From: Candidatus Woesearchaeota archaeon
GTDB lineage: Archaea > Nanobdellota > Nanobdellia > Woesearchaeales > UBA9642
DNA length: 64,000 bases
Assembly: GCA_041658255.1 (NCBI GenBank)
Contig: JBBAAQ010000001.1
Location: 100,368-164,367, forward strand
Reading direction: 5' to 3'
Under the pieces are notes generated by a model. It ran no database searches, was not told where the DNA came from, and saw only the letters and a program-made list of their open reading frames with translations. Shown here piece after piece: positions 1-10,690 of this stretch. Made by a program: the position numbers and the translations under genes. Each line of letters starts with the position of its first letter. The stretch's first letter is position 1.

Positions 1-198
1 GAGTTCAGCAGCAGTCTTTACGCCCTGCCCTCCACGTCCGATAAATTCGAGTTCAAAGAATCGTTCCATACTTCACCAAGATAAAATCATGAGGGAATAT
101 ATATAAAGTTTGTGGAAGAGTATAGGAGATATTTTGCATCACTCCAATCTCACTTGAAGTCTTGACGACATTTAAATAGTTCATATAGTTTACCAATA

Positions 199-1101
199 GT
201 GGTGATACTTATGACTTTTAAAGAACAACTCGAAAAATTGAAAGAAAATTGGCTGACTATTTCATTAGTCGTTATTGTGGTATTTACGATGTTCGTGTTC
301 ATGACTGGAAGCGGTCTACGGACTATAAGTCAATCGTATGGATCAGCAACTGATTCTTATAATCCATCGTACTTGAGTAAGGGAAGTACAGGATATTATC
401 CTGAGAATAATTATCTGAATTCTAATTCGAACCTCGCACCCAACATTCTCAATCGCATGATTATCAAGACCACATCGATGAATGTTGAGGTAAAAGATTA
501 TTATGGGAGTGAAGCAATGCTCAAAAACAGTGCATCAACACATGATGCAATCATCACTTCTGAAAATGTGAATGCAAACAATAAGTACCATTCAGGATAT
601 TATACTCTACGTGTACCCGTAGACCAATATGATGGATTAGTTGCAAAGTTAAAAACACTCGGAACAGTAAAATCATTCAATGAGAATGCAAATGATGTTA
701 CCGGATCCTATGTTAATCTTAAGGATGTTCTTATCATGGAAAAATCAAAACTTTCAAGTTATGAAGAACTCTATGATTCAACCGCAAACCTTAATGACAA
801 GATACAATTACTCGACCGGATCACGAGTCAGAAATCACTCATTAGTTCTCTGCAATATCAATTAGCAGATGAAAAGGAGCGAGTAGTTTATGCAACACTC
901 CAAGTTTCACTCTCAGAAAAGAGTCCTGCATACGCAAGTATTGTCTTTGCAACATTCGCAGATCTTTGGGCAGCATTTTTGAGCAGTTTGAATATATTCC
1001 TCTACATTGTGGCGTATGTATTACCATTTGTATTCGTCGGGTTAATCATCTTAGGTGTACGCAAATTCATGAAGCGGGAATCGAAGGGGAAAAAGAAATA
1101 A
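199..1101 (+). CDS. hypothetical membrane-anchored protein (N-terminal TM, two C-terminal TM helices)
   Basis: 300-aa ORF with a hydrophobic N-terminal segment (LTISLVVIVVFTMFVFM) and C-terminal hydrophobic helices; followed by a T15 run. Confidence 0.45.
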   Translation: MVILMTFKEQLEKLKENWLTISLVVIVVFTMFVFMTGSGLRTISQSYGSATDSYNPSYLSKGSTGYYPENNYLNSNSNLAPNILNRMIIKTTSMNVEVKDYYGSEAMLKNSASTHDAIITSENVNANNKYHSGYYTLRVPVDQYDGLVAKLKTLGTVKSFNENANDVTGSYVNLKDVLIMEKSKLSSYEELYDSTANLNDKIQLLDRITSQKSLISSLQYQLADEKERVVYATLQVSLSEKSPAYASIVFATFADLWAAFLSSLNIFLYIVAYVLPFVFVGLIILGVRKFMKRESKGKKK

Positions 1102-1121
1102 TTCTTTTTTTTTTTTTTTAT
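1102..1121 (+). terminator. poly-T tract immediately after the stop of the 199..1101 gene
   Basis: ttcttttttttttttttt directly after TAA; oligo-T termination signal (archaeal-style, or the tail of an intrinsic terminator). Confidence 0.35.
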
Positions 1122-1166
1122 GGTATATGTTTGTGATACCATTATTTGTAATATGGCCGCGTAACG

Positions 1167-1559
1167 TCATAAGAATTTGTCTTTGATGAGCAGTGGAATG
1201 AGATGTTTTACGCCGTTAGAAACTTTTATTGTTTTTTTAAGAAAGTCTTTTCTAGAATACCATAAGATTTTAGTTATTTCTGCTTTAGACACGATAGTTC
1301 CAGTATATTGGGTAATGTAATAATAATTTTTTTGTTTACTATTACTGGTTTCATTTACTAATATCATAGATTCATAATGTTTCATAGATTTAAGTGCAAT
1401 GCCTAGTTCTGCAAATAACTCTCTTTTAAGACATGATTCATGAGTTTCATGATGTTCTATTTTGCCGCCTGGCGTCCAATAGAGTGTTTCATCGTATCCT
1501 GTAACAAGCAGAATTTGTTTGTTGCGTGTTATTATCGCGCCAATCCTGTCTGCAATCAT
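1167..1559 (-). CDS. NUDIX hydrolase
   Basis: Nudix box GGKIEHHETHESCLKRELFAELGI (GX5EX7REUXEEXGU pattern). Confidence 0.7.
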   Translation of the reverse strand: MIADRIGAIITRNKQILLVTGYDETLYWTPGGKIEHHETHESCLKRELFAELGIALKSMKHYESMILVNETSNSKQKNYYYITQYTGTIVSKAEITKILWYSRKDFLKKTIKVSNGVKHLIPLLIKDKFL

Positions 1560-1612
1560 GAATTATCTAATCTCTTTCTCTATATAAATCTAATCTTGAC
1601 TTAACCGAAACA

Positions 1613-2728
1613 TTATCTCACACTTTCGTATCCGCCTTTCAGTCCGTGTTTGGTATACACAATCTGCCAGAGTTGATTGATTCTTACACGAAATCCGCCA
1701 GCAAAACAACTCAGATAATAATTCCACATGCGATAGAATCGTTCATCATAATCTTTTTTAAGTTCTGGCCATGCTTGACGAAAATTTGCACGCCACGCCA
1801 TAAGTGTCTTACTATAATCCACTGCAAAATTATGCCAGTCCTCCATGATGAAGAGTCCATTGGAAGCTATTGCAACCTGCTCAACAGAGGGGAGTCTTCC
1901 GTCAGGGAAAATGTATTTATCAACCCAGGGATCGCCTGGACCAGTTGATGTCTTATTTGCGCCAATGGTGTGGAGGAGAAATATTCCATCATCTTTGAGA
2001 CAGCGATGTACAACCCCCATATATGTGCGATAATTCTTCCACCCAACATGTTCAATCATTCCGACAGAGACAATTTTGTCAAATTTCTCGTTTACCGTAC
2101 GATAATCCTGGACGCGAATGTCAATAGGTAATCCTGCGCATTTTTCTCGTGCAAGTTTGGCCTGTTCTTGTGAAACAGTAATTCCGACACCAGTAATACC
2201 ATATTTTTTTACAGCATATCGAAGGAGTGTTCCCCATCCGCAACCGATGTCGAGGAGCCGATCGCCCTTTTTGAGTTGAAGTTTTTTACAGATAAGATTG
2301 AGTTTATCTTCCTGCGCTTTGTCGAGTGTTTGGGCATTCTTCCAATACCCACAGCTATACTGCATATTTTTATCAAGCATTCGCGTATAGAGCGCGTTTC
2401 CGATATCATAATGTTTCTCTCCAATATTGTATGCATGGGTCTTTTGTCTGTTGAAGAGTTTCGCCTTAATATAGGGGAGTATAAGATGTTTAAATCCGAG
2501 TATTTTGCGATCAATATGTGCATCGAGGATTTTTTCAAAGAATTGGTCGAGTTCCTTACAATCCCACCACCCATCCATATAGGATTCTCCGAGTGCCAAG
2601 GATCCTCCGGAAAGTACACGCACATAAAGTCCATCATTATGAACCTGAATGTCCCACGGTCTTGAACCGTTTATCTGGACATCTGCCGTAGCAAGAAGTT
2701 TGGTTACGATTTCTTTTGCTTGAGCCAT
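1613..2728 (-). CDS. cfa: cyclopropane-fatty-acyl-phospholipid synthase family SAM-dependent methyltransferase
   Basis: 371 aa; SAM motif LDIGCGWGTLLRYA; overall similarity to the Cfa/CMAS family (YxxGxxD, DxxxxF segments). Confidence 0.8.
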   Translation of the reverse strand: MAQAKEIVTKLLATADVQINGSRPWDIQVHNDGLYVRVLSGGSLALGESYMDGWWDCKELDQFFEKILDAHIDRKILGFKHLILPYIKAKLFNRQKTHAYNIGEKHYDIGNALYTRMLDKNMQYSCGYWKNAQTLDKAQEDKLNLICKKLQLKKGDRLLDIGCGWGTLLRYAVKKYGITGVGITVSQEQAKLAREKCAGLPIDIRVQDYRTVNEKFDKIVSVGMIEHVGWKNYRTYMGVVHRCLKDDGIFLLHTIGANKTSTGPGDPWVDKYIFPDGRLPSVEQVAIASNGLFIMEDWHNFAVDYSKTLMAWRANFRQAWPELKKDYDERFYRMWNYYLSCFAGGFRVRINQLWQIVYTKHGLKGGYESVR

Positions 2729-2817
2729 AGTTTTACATTATCCCGATGATTTTTATAGTTTATGGTTTTTATTTGGCGGTAGACACACTAGCGGATGAGA
2801 ACATTTTTAAGATATAG

Positions 2818-3186
2818 ATGTATTCTCTTCCTATGAAATTTACTGAATATTATCTTATCATTACAACTGTTCTTGAAAAACCAGGAATATCTTTTCCGGA
2901 ATTAGTTACTACTTTGTCCAATCAGCCTATTTTATCACTTCGTGAAACACACTTACGGAACAGGGAATTATTTCGTGGAGATATAGAGGCCACACTCGAA
3001 TCTTTTATTGCCGATCTCCCCTGCATTACTGAGGTAGGCGGGAAATACTGTTTTAACAAGGACAGTAAATTATTCTGCGACAATTTTGCATATAATCAAT
3101 TACTCAAAGAAGAAGTATCAGCATTTATCTGCGCCCAGACCGCACTCAAGAATGAACTGTTGCGTCGGCCTCTGGATGGTGATTGA
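2818..3186 (+). CDS. hypothetical protein, immediately upstream of truD (stop abuts the truD ATG)
   Basis: 122-aa ORF; TGA at 3184-3186 followed by ATG at 3187. Confidence 0.4.
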   Translation: MYSLPMKFTEYYLIITTVLEKPGISFPELVTTLSNQPILSLRETHLRNRELFRGDIEATLESFIADLPCITEVGGKYCFNKDSKLFCDNFAYNQLLKEEVSAFICAQTALKNELLRRPLDGD

Positions 3187-4224
3187 ATGCTCCTCAAATC
3201 CCTTCCTGAAGATTTTATGGTTGAAGAATTGCCTGCATTCCAATTACTGGAATCAGGACCCTATGCGATCTATAGGTTGTGGAAGTGCAATTTCAATACT
3301 GAAGATGCCATTCAACTCGTCTGCAAGAGATTCAATATCCGCAGGAGTGATGTTAAATTTGCAGGCACAAAGGATCGTAATGCGATAACCACGCAATATA
3401 TTTCAATACACCGGAATAACCGTAAACTTGTTCTCGATGAAGAGAATATTAAACTCGGATATTGTGGGTTTGCAAATGAACCGATAAGTCTTGGATGTCT
3501 TGCAGGAAATACATTCGAATTAATCATCCGAGATATCGCTCCTGAAGAACGCATAATTTTTGAACAAAACATGCATGCATTATCTGACACTGATGCGTTC
3601 TATCTTCCTAACTACTTCGATGAACAGCGATTCTCAACAAATAATGTTGCTATCGGACTATGTATCCTGAAAAATGATTTTAAGGGCGCAATTGAACACA
3701 TCAAAAATTCTGCGCAAAAAGAGGGATATTATGAAAAAGAGGCAGTAGAACATCTTGCGCGTTTGCCAACTGATTATATTGGTGCATTAAAAAAGATCCC
3801 GCCAAAAATCTTACTCATGTATATCCATGCAGTGCAATCAAAAATATATAATGAATTATTACGACAATCAATTATTGAATTGGATGAACATGCGCGCGAT
3901 ATTCTCTATTCTCAAGGAATATTTGCATTCAGTCAGGATTATTTGGTATATACTCGTTTATGTGATCACTCATTACCGCTTCTCGGATTTTCGACACCTT
4001 CAACACCTGCATTGAAAAAACAAATCGATGCATTAAGTATTACTCCACGTAATTTTATCATCCGTGCAATCCCGGAACTCAGTTGTGAAGGGACTGAGCG
4101 AAATGCAATGATGCATGTCATAAATTTCACATCAGAAAAGATTGACGACACAACTCTAAAACTCTCATTCACCTTACTGAAGGGTTGTTATGCGACAATG
4201 GTTGTGAAAGGATTGTTCAATTGA
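3187..4224 (+). CDS. truD: tRNA pseudouridine synthase, TruD/Pus7 family
   Basis: N-terminal PEDFMVEELP and FAGTKDRNAITTQY closely match the TruD PEDFVVxE / FAGQKDKHAVTEQW catalytic region. Confidence 0.75.
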   Translation: MLLKSLPEDFMVEELPAFQLLESGPYAIYRLWKCNFNTEDAIQLVCKRFNIRRSDVKFAGTKDRNAITTQYISIHRNNRKLVLDEENIKLGYCGFANEPISLGCLAGNTFELIIRDIAPEERIIFEQNMHALSDTDAFYLPNYFDEQRFSTNNVAIGLCILKNDFKGAIEHIKNSAQKEGYYEKEAVEHLARLPTDYIGALKKIPPKILLMYIHAVQSKIYNELLRQSIIELDEHARDILYSQGIFAFSQDYLVYTRLCDHSLPLLGFSTPSTPALKKQIDALSITPRNFIIRAIPELSCEGTERNAMMHVINFTSEKIDDTTLKLSFTLLKGCYATMVVKGLFN

Positions 4225-4424
4225 AGGATTTGATTAATTTAGGACATGATAGTGAAGCATTAAAGAAAAAATTTGAAAAAACAAACTGGTATGTTTATGA
4301 AAAATTATTAGAAGTAGGAAAGATTTATTTGAAACAATAATGCCTGAATGTAATTATTTCTGTTATTTCTTTCTAGTGGTTAAAGAAAGAATAAATTTAT
4401 AAACTCTTATTCTTCTCTATTACT

Positions 4425-5036
4425 ATGGATATTTCAGATATGATGCGCATTGAAGAAAAACTCCGCAATGAAGCCGAGCAGTGGAGAAAGAATAGACAAT
4501 GCAGTAAAACTGTCGAACAGGATTTATTAGACTCTGCTATTGCTAAAGGATTTCTGCTTGTCGGATCACAGTATGAACTTGCCTCAGGAAAATTTCTTAT
4601 CAAAAAACAGAATGGCAGCAATGAAAATCGTATTACCGCGACCGATGATCCATTCGTAGCAAAAGTGAATGCACTTATCTGTAACTATAAGTCTGACACA
4701 AGTTATGGGGGAGTATTTGGACGTGATATCCGGAAAAAAAAGGTCGTCATTGGGCAACTGCAAGACTATACTATTGCGCCTCAAGGATATATTTATGTTG
4801 TAAAAAAAGATCAATTTAAAAATAATCCTCCAGGATCAAGAGAGTATATCTGTGATAAACCATCGTCCTTCGAGTGCAGTACTCCATTCAGTATTGAAGA
4901 ATTCATGTATCCTATTATTATGATCAAGAAACATAGGCCTGTAGCTTTGCACGACCCTGAAGGAGTGTACGGGCAAAAAATAATTTATACTGCAAATACC
5001 ATCACCAACAAACAATTTTTCTCATTCCATCGATAG
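4425..5036 (+). CDS. hypothetical protein
   Basis: 203-aa ORF, no recognisable motif. Confidence 0.4.
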   Translation: MDISDMMRIEEKLRNEAEQWRKNRQCSKTVEQDLLDSAIAKGFLLVGSQYELASGKFLIKKQNGSNENRITATDDPFVAKVNALICNYKSDTSYGGVFGRDIRKKKVVIGQLQDYTIAPQGYIYVVKKDQFKNNPPGSREYICDKPSSFECSTPFSIEEFMYPIIMIKKHRPVALHDPEGVYGQKIIYTANTITNKQFFSFHR

Positions 5037-5141
5037 AAACATTTATATTTCTCTCTCTAATTTCGAGGAATTATAATTACTATTTCGGGTGTTGATCCCA
5101 TATTGGATTTCTTATCATTGTTGCGATATTTCTCATTTTAT

Positions 5142-5230
5142 AGCAAATAACATTAATATTCGGATACTGTGATGTTATTTGCTAGATAGTAAATCGCTTT
5201 TAGATATATCCGAAAATTAAAGCGATTTAC
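5142..5230. terminator. two adjacent perfect hairpins of identical geometry (12-bp stems, 18-nt loops)
   Basis: agcaaataacat...atgttatttgct (5142..5183) and gtaaatcgcttt...aaagcgatttac (5189..5230); between the 4425..5036 gene and the downstream operon. Confidence 0.4.
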
Positions 5231-5441
5231 TATAGATCTCAGAGTCTTCAATAAGAAGCAGCACGAGATATCGATTAAAGAAGCGCTTATCTGGACTGGC
5301 GTCTGGTTTGGGATGGCGATGCTCTTCAACCTCTTCATCTGGTTTGAATTTGGTAAAGACACGGGTTAACATTTCTTTGTTATCATTATGGGGAAGCAAC
5401 AAAAACATAACATTTAAAAAGGAAAACACATTCCCTTCTTA

Positions 5442-6335
5442 GTGATAACAAGTTTAATAACTGTTTTATGGGGGATAAAAATGGCAAAGGATATAAAAGA
5501 CGAATTATCAGATAAATTATCAGGAGCACTTAAGTTCGGAAAAAAAGCTTTCGCTATCGGCAAAGAAAAGCTTGTAGAGAAAACAGAAGAACTTAAAAAA
5601 AAGTATGATAGTAGCGTTTCGATACAGACCACTGTTGGTGCAGTAAAAGGCGCGGCAGATTCATTCAAAAAAACTGTTAAAACAAAAATTGATTATAAAA
5701 TTTCTGATCTCCAAACCAAAGCAGATGGCGGCGATGAATTTGCAAAATCTATTCTTGACGTTAAAAACGCTGTTAGTGAACAATATACTACGATCAAAAG
5801 TTACTGTGCTACATTATTTAAGACAGGAGAAAAAAATCCCGTCAATGAATTTATGCCGGGATATGCGACACTCATGCAGATCATTGATGCAGAGACTGCA
5901 ACAGAAGGCAAGAAGCAATATCAACGCGACTTTAATGCAACAACCAGAATTTCTGTTGATAAAGGTGAGCGAAAAGTATTAGTAAAGAGCCATCCTTTTA
6001 TCTCTATTGAATCAAGAAAACCTGAAGAAAAACTTGAGACAAAATGCACTATTGCATTCAATTATGATGTAGGATCAGGAGTTCAATATAACAAAATCAT
6101 CGCTGACATTGCAAAGAATGCAGTTGATTTTGTGCAAAAAGAGATTATCCCAGCGCAAACAGGATCCTATAATGGCAAGAGCGCAATGATTGCTAATGCC
6201 GGAGATTCAGCTATTGAATATGTCATTGAAGCAGCATTCAATAATAATGCGTTGAAACTCTCCTATATACCGAACAATAAGTTCAGTCCTGAAGTTGTTA
6301 TCACACAGACAATACTTTCGGACGAGAAAAAATAA
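5442..6335 (+). CDS. hypothetical protein, first gene of a seven-gene unknown operon (probable start ATG at 5481 after a GGGGGA SD)
   Basis: ORF; gggggataaaaATG at 5481; lysine-rich N-terminus. Confidence 0.5.
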   Translation: MITSLITVLWGIKMAKDIKDELSDKLSGALKFGKKAFAIGKEKLVEKTEELKKKYDSSVSIQTTVGAVKGAADSFKKTVKTKIDYKISDLQTKADGGDEFAKSILDVKNAVSEQYTTIKSYCATLFKTGEKNPVNEFMPGYATLMQIIDAETATEGKKQYQRDFNATTRISVDKGERKVLVKSHPFISIESRKPEEKLETKCTIAFNYDVGSGVQYNKIIADIAKNAVDFVQKEIIPAQTGSYNGKSAMIANAGDSAIEYVIEAAFNNNALKLSYIPNNKFSPEVVITQTILSDEKK

Positions 6336-6388
6336 GCTTAGAGAAAACACACACGTAGAGTCACTCTTTATATAGCGCATATATCTCT

Positions 6389-7768
6389 ATGTATATAGGA
6401 TATCGCGCTATAGAAATCGGCAGGGATACACACAACCCTGTTTTTAAAACACACAGTGAAATAAACAAAAAAACACAAGGTGAAAAAATGGGAAATGAAA
6501 CTGATGATACTACAGAAAATAAAAATGCATTAGTAGGAACAAAACATCAAGAGAATTCTCTTGCACTAAACGTACTGAATTATTCAAATGTCAGCGCGCA
6601 ACGAGCAAAGGATGAAAATGACATTGAATCATTAGGCAAAGCACTAGATGTCGAGGTCAAGGAAGCAAGTAAATCGGCGTATGGCGGCCAGAATGGTCTT
6701 ATTATTATCGGACAGGGAATACGGCATTGGAATCTTCCCATGATAAAAAATGGACTCAAAAAGATAACAGGCCGGCGAATCAGCCTTTCAGATATTCTCA
6801 AAGCGCAATATGAAGGATTTTGCGATTCCCGGGACAGGATCAATGATCGTGTTTCAGAAAGCAAGCAATCAGTTGCCGGTCTTCATGCAAACTTAGTCGA
6901 TAATGCAAAACACCGCGTGCGGCTTGGTGAAGAACTTAAAGCACATTATAGTAATATTACTAAATATAATGATAAGATTTTTGCATTAGAAAAATCAAAG
7001 AATGAGTTGAATCCAAACGCAGAGAATTATACCACTCTTGTCGCAAATGCCGATTTGAGTCTCGCACAAAAAAGACAGGAACTGATGAATGAGACCACTA
7101 ACTATAATATTAAATCAGGACAATCCAAGATAGAGAAAGAGACCTATGATCTTTTTACTATTCTTGCAAAAGAAGCAGAGGCAGGACTCCCGCATTTGAT
7201 CATTCTTCATGAGACAGTCAAGGGTCGTGTTAATCAGGCTGATGCAGTCATCCAATATCAGTCAAAAGCGATCACTACTGCTGAAACGGTTATGGACGCA
7301 GTCAAGACATATGGAGAGATCAAAGCAACACTTGAATATTCGAATAATGCTCTTGCCTTATTCAATGAAAACTTCAGTACCATCACCGGGTATATCGCAA
7401 ATACACCTCTTATTGATGAGAAGAGTCTTGCAAATCGTGTGAATAGTATAAGAATATTGAATGAGGATACGAATAGATATCAGTCGCAATTAGCATCGGT
7501 AAATGGAAATCATGAATTTGGAGAAATGAACCTTGCTGATTGTTATTCCTTTTTGGGTTGCGAGATTACTGCAAAACCAAAAGAGATTGACGAAGCGCGC
7601 AAAAACATGCTTCTCAACAAAGGATTGCATCCGGATATGAAAAACGCCGATTTAAGCGTTGAAGAACAGAGTAAATTGACGAGAAAGGTCGAATATTGTG
7701 CAAACGTTACATCGACATTTGCACAAATGGGGGATAACCCGACACTCCGAAAATTAATTGGTCAATAA
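6389..7768 (+). CDS. hypothetical coiled-coil-rich protein (probable start 6488 after an AAGGTGA SD)
   Basis: ORF; alpha-helical/coiled-coil composition; no catalytic motif recognised. Confidence 0.5.
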   Translation: MYIGYRAIEIGRDTHNPVFKTHSEINKKTQGEKMGNETDDTTENKNALVGTKHQENSLALNVLNYSNVSAQRAKDENDIESLGKALDVEVKEASKSAYGGQNGLIIIGQGIRHWNLPMIKNGLKKITGRRISLSDILKAQYEGFCDSRDRINDRVSESKQSVAGLHANLVDNAKHRVRLGEELKAHYSNITKYNDKIFALEKSKNELNPNAENYTTLVANADLSLAQKRQELMNETTNYNIKSGQSKIEKETYDLFTILAKEAEAGLPHLIILHETVKGRVNQADAVIQYQSKAITTAETVMDAVKTYGEIKATLEYSNNALALFNENFSTITGYIANTPLIDEKSLANRVNSIRILNEDTNRYQSQLASVNGNHEFGEMNLADCYSFLGCEITAKPKEIDEARKNMLLNKGLHPDMKNADLSVEEQSKLTRKVEYCANVTSTFAQMGDNPTLRKLIGQ

Positions 7769-7803
7769 AATAGTGAGCGACCATATGGTGAATACGCGGG
7801 TCG

Positions 7804-8916
7804 GTGAGAAACATGGTTGCGCCAACTATTTTGAACTTTAATCGTGCTGCAAAACAGCACTATATTGATCAACTGACGCAATCCATGGATAAGCTTTCTT
7901 CGGAACTCTATAAATCAAACGTGGTCCGCACCAATGTTGCTTCCTATTACGAGACCTATACGAATATCATCAAGATTTATGGCATTGAGGCATATGCAGA
8001 AAATATTTCTGATCTTTGCGTGAGCAACATATCAGGATTTCCGATGTATTCGCGTATTATTGAACTCGTGAATACGCAAAAAAAATCCTTTGCAAATATG
8101 GTGCAGCTGAGAAAAGAGGAAGACATTTCGCGCGACGCCATTGAATCGCTTTATACGAACAACCAGTCCGCATTTGAAGTCTTTATATCTGAATACTGCC
8201 GAAAAAATTATTTAAGCAAACTTTCTGAATTAGTCGCTTTTAAGGACATTACTAAACTTGTTGAAGAGAAGAACACTGATGAAAGAATGGTGCGATATTC
8301 ATTTGATTATGCAGCATATCCGCTTTCAGAAATGTCCTGCGTCACTGTTTCTCTGGATGCTTCAATGATCAAGTCGATCAAACCATTCGCTTCTAAACCA
8401 AAACTTCCGCTAGATAAGATAAAGAAGTATGCAACTGAAGATGTGCGTACACTGTATGAAATACTCAAAGATCATAAGGCATATCCTGCGGTGATAGAGA
8501 AAACTCAGCCTTTCTTTAATTTTTATGGCAGGGACATCAAGGACCCGCTTATCCGCAAGATTATCTTTGATCATCCTCAATCTACAATCCTTCAATTGAA
8601 ATTTTCGAAGATTGAAAATATTGATGTGCTCCTTGCAGAAAACATCTTTCAACTGAAACGTTCTATTGATGAAATCCCTGTCTGGAGCACTAATTCCATC
8701 TATGTGTGTCCTCTTGAGATCAAAGATTTACTTGAAGATGGACTTATGGAACAATTTGAACAAGGGACCCGGGGACGTCCTGAACCTTTTAAGATCATCA
8801 CTTACAAAAAAGCATTCGGACCGAATGCAGCAGTGCAGGAATCAGACGGGAAAGAGCTCGATGTAAAAGAACCAGGCAACACAATTCATAAAATAATATT
8901 AGGAGGGGGACCATGA
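7804..8916 (+). CDS. hypothetical protein (probable start 7813)
   Basis: ORF; stop overlaps the next start (ATGA at 8913). Confidence 0.5.
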   Translation: MRNMVAPTILNFNRAAKQHYIDQLTQSMDKLSSELYKSNVVRTNVASYYETYTNIIKIYGIEAYAENISDLCVSNISGFPMYSRIIELVNTQKKSFANMVQLRKEEDISRDAIESLYTNNQSAFEVFISEYCRKNYLSKLSELVAFKDITKLVEEKNTDERMVRYSFDYAAYPLSEMSCVTVSLDASMIKSIKPFASKPKLPLDKIKKYATEDVRTLYEILKDHKAYPAVIEKTQPFFNFYGRDIKDPLIRKIIFDHPQSTILQLKFSKIENIDVLLAENIFQLKRSIDEIPVWSTNSIYVCPLEIKDLLEDGLMEQFEQGTRGRPEPFKIITYKKAFGPNAAVQESDGKELDVKEPGNTIHKIILGGGP

Positions 8917-9179
8917 ATAAGAAAGAATTATCGGACACTGTACTCATCGATGATAGAACCTTAAAAAATATTGTGGGAAAACTTGTTTTTGGGTATATCG
9001 CATATCAAATCGGATCGGTCTTAGGGGATTATTGTGCAGTTGTTGGGGCATATGTCGGTCTACGCGCGAATTATTACAAAATGCCTACGGATCAATTATT
9101 TACGATGACATTTCGTACCTATGACGAGGAAAAAAAACACGATGAAGAGCGAGAACAACAGAAGAAGAATGCGCCGTGA
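8913..9179 (+). CDS. small single-TM membrane protein
   Basis: 88 aa; hydrophobic LVFGYIAYQIGSVLGDYCAVVGAYVGL; preceded by a GGAGGGGGA SD. Confidence 0.45.
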   Translation: MNKKELSDTVLIDDRTLKNIVGKLVFGYIAYQIGSVLGDYCAVVGAYVGLRANYYKMPTDQLFTMTFRTYDEEKKHDEEREQQKKNAP

Positions 9180-9292
9180 ACAAAGGAGCATCGTGTTCAG
9201 TTTTGAACGATGCATCATCGGCATAACAATGCAGATCAGATAAAACGCAAAAACATACTACTTACTATCGGCTTAATATCGGAGAAAAACAG

Positions 9293-10690
9293 ATGACCAT
9301 ACAATCATTTATTATCGATGGAGAAAAGGCGGATCAGTATCGCGCATTCACTCAATCTATTGATAGATTCGTGGGCGAAGGTGCTGATGGTTCGTCCGCT
9401 GTTCAAATTGATCGCAGAGGTGTTGAATTGCTGCCTTTGAAACGCCACGGATTTAGAAGCCAACTCTTCTCCAAATATTTTGTTATCGCCGATCACGCGC
9501 AAATTGAATATACTGCTGAAATCCTCAAAAACCTTCATGATGACGAGTTTTTGAAGGGTCCATCGCTTATTGACGAATTGATGGTGAGTGTATACCAGAA
9601 GAATAAAGAACTTATCGATCATTTGCTTAAAGACCAGATTATTATCGGCAATGTTCAGGTGTGGGGCATGTTTGATAGTGATAAAAAGAAGTTCAGGAAC
9701 ATTTTCGATACTATTGAATTTGATCAGATTGCGCTTCGGCATGATACTGCGTATCGTGATGTTATCGGAAAACCCACTTCATGGGTAATAGAATACAGTA
9801 TTGATACGCCCAAAAAGGATATTTCCCGCCTTCGGGAAATCTCTGCAAAAATTTATGAACTTGCGATGCATCACGAGCGCATTCTGGATAAAGATTCATT
9901 GTATGCATTGTATGAGGAATATATCCCGTTCTTTAGATCATATGGCGATATCCGGACATATCACTTAGAAAATACAGAAATGCAGGTATCTTCTCCTGCA
10001 TTTTTCAAGTATGTCACGTCCGATGCGACATATTTTGCATGGAGCGGAAAGAATGGCTCGCTCATCATTAATACCGGTACGGAACTGATCAAAAATCCAT
10101 CTATCCAGACGACAACAAATGCGAAAAAAATATTGCGTTTTTTGCAGGAAAATGATTATACGAGGATAGATAAAAAAGAATTAGAATCAGTGCTCAGAAA
10201 TATCGAGAATGATTATATCATCCAGCATGCACCAAGCATCATCGATTCTGCGAATTCAACCGAGGAAGATATAAAATTTATTCAAAAGATTGCGTCTGAA
10301 ACTCCTGACACTGCTCTTGAGCGTATGCGGTTTCTGAATAAATATATGTACACGTTTTCCCATGCTGATGATAACCTTCGATTCTGGAATAGTCTGAGTT
10401 CACTGCGCAAGACAGGAGACACGTCTTTTTTGACTGCAGAAACAGTCGTGATGTTCACTAAAAATGCGACTGATTCTTTGCTTGTTGATGAATTTTTAGA
10501 TTCACTCGGTCTCACTGATTATTATCTACTCCAGAAAACAGATCTGGAAAAATTCAAGAGACGGTATCTGAGGCTGTCCCACGAGGATCGCGCTTCTGTA
10601 GCAGTAAACTTTCATATCATGATGGATAAGGGGAATGATATTTCTCCGGCTACACGTGAATTTATGACAAAAGAAGGGTGGTTTCAATGA
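9293..10690 (+). CDS. hypothetical protein
   Basis: 465-aa ORF; overlaps the next gene start. Confidence 0.5.
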   Translation: MTIQSFIIDGEKADQYRAFTQSIDRFVGEGADGSSAVQIDRRGVELLPLKRHGFRSQLFSKYFVIADHAQIEYTAEILKNLHDDEFLKGPSLIDELMVSVYQKNKELIDHLLKDQIIIGNVQVWGMFDSDKKKFRNIFDTIEFDQIALRHDTAYRDVIGKPTSWVIEYSIDTPKKDISRLREISAKIYELAMHHERILDKDSLYALYEEYIPFFRSYGDIRTYHLENTEMQVSSPAFFKYVTSDATYFAWSGKNGSLIINTGTELIKNPSIQTTTNAKKILRFLQENDYTRIDKKELESVLRNIENDYIIQHAPSIIDSANSTEEDIKFIQKIASETPDTALERMRFLNKYMYTFSHADDNLRFWNSLSSLRKTGDTSFLTAETVVMFTKNATDSLLVDEFLDSLGLTDYYLLQKTDLEKFKRRYLRLSHEDRASVAVNFHIMMDKGNDISPATREFMTKEGWFQ

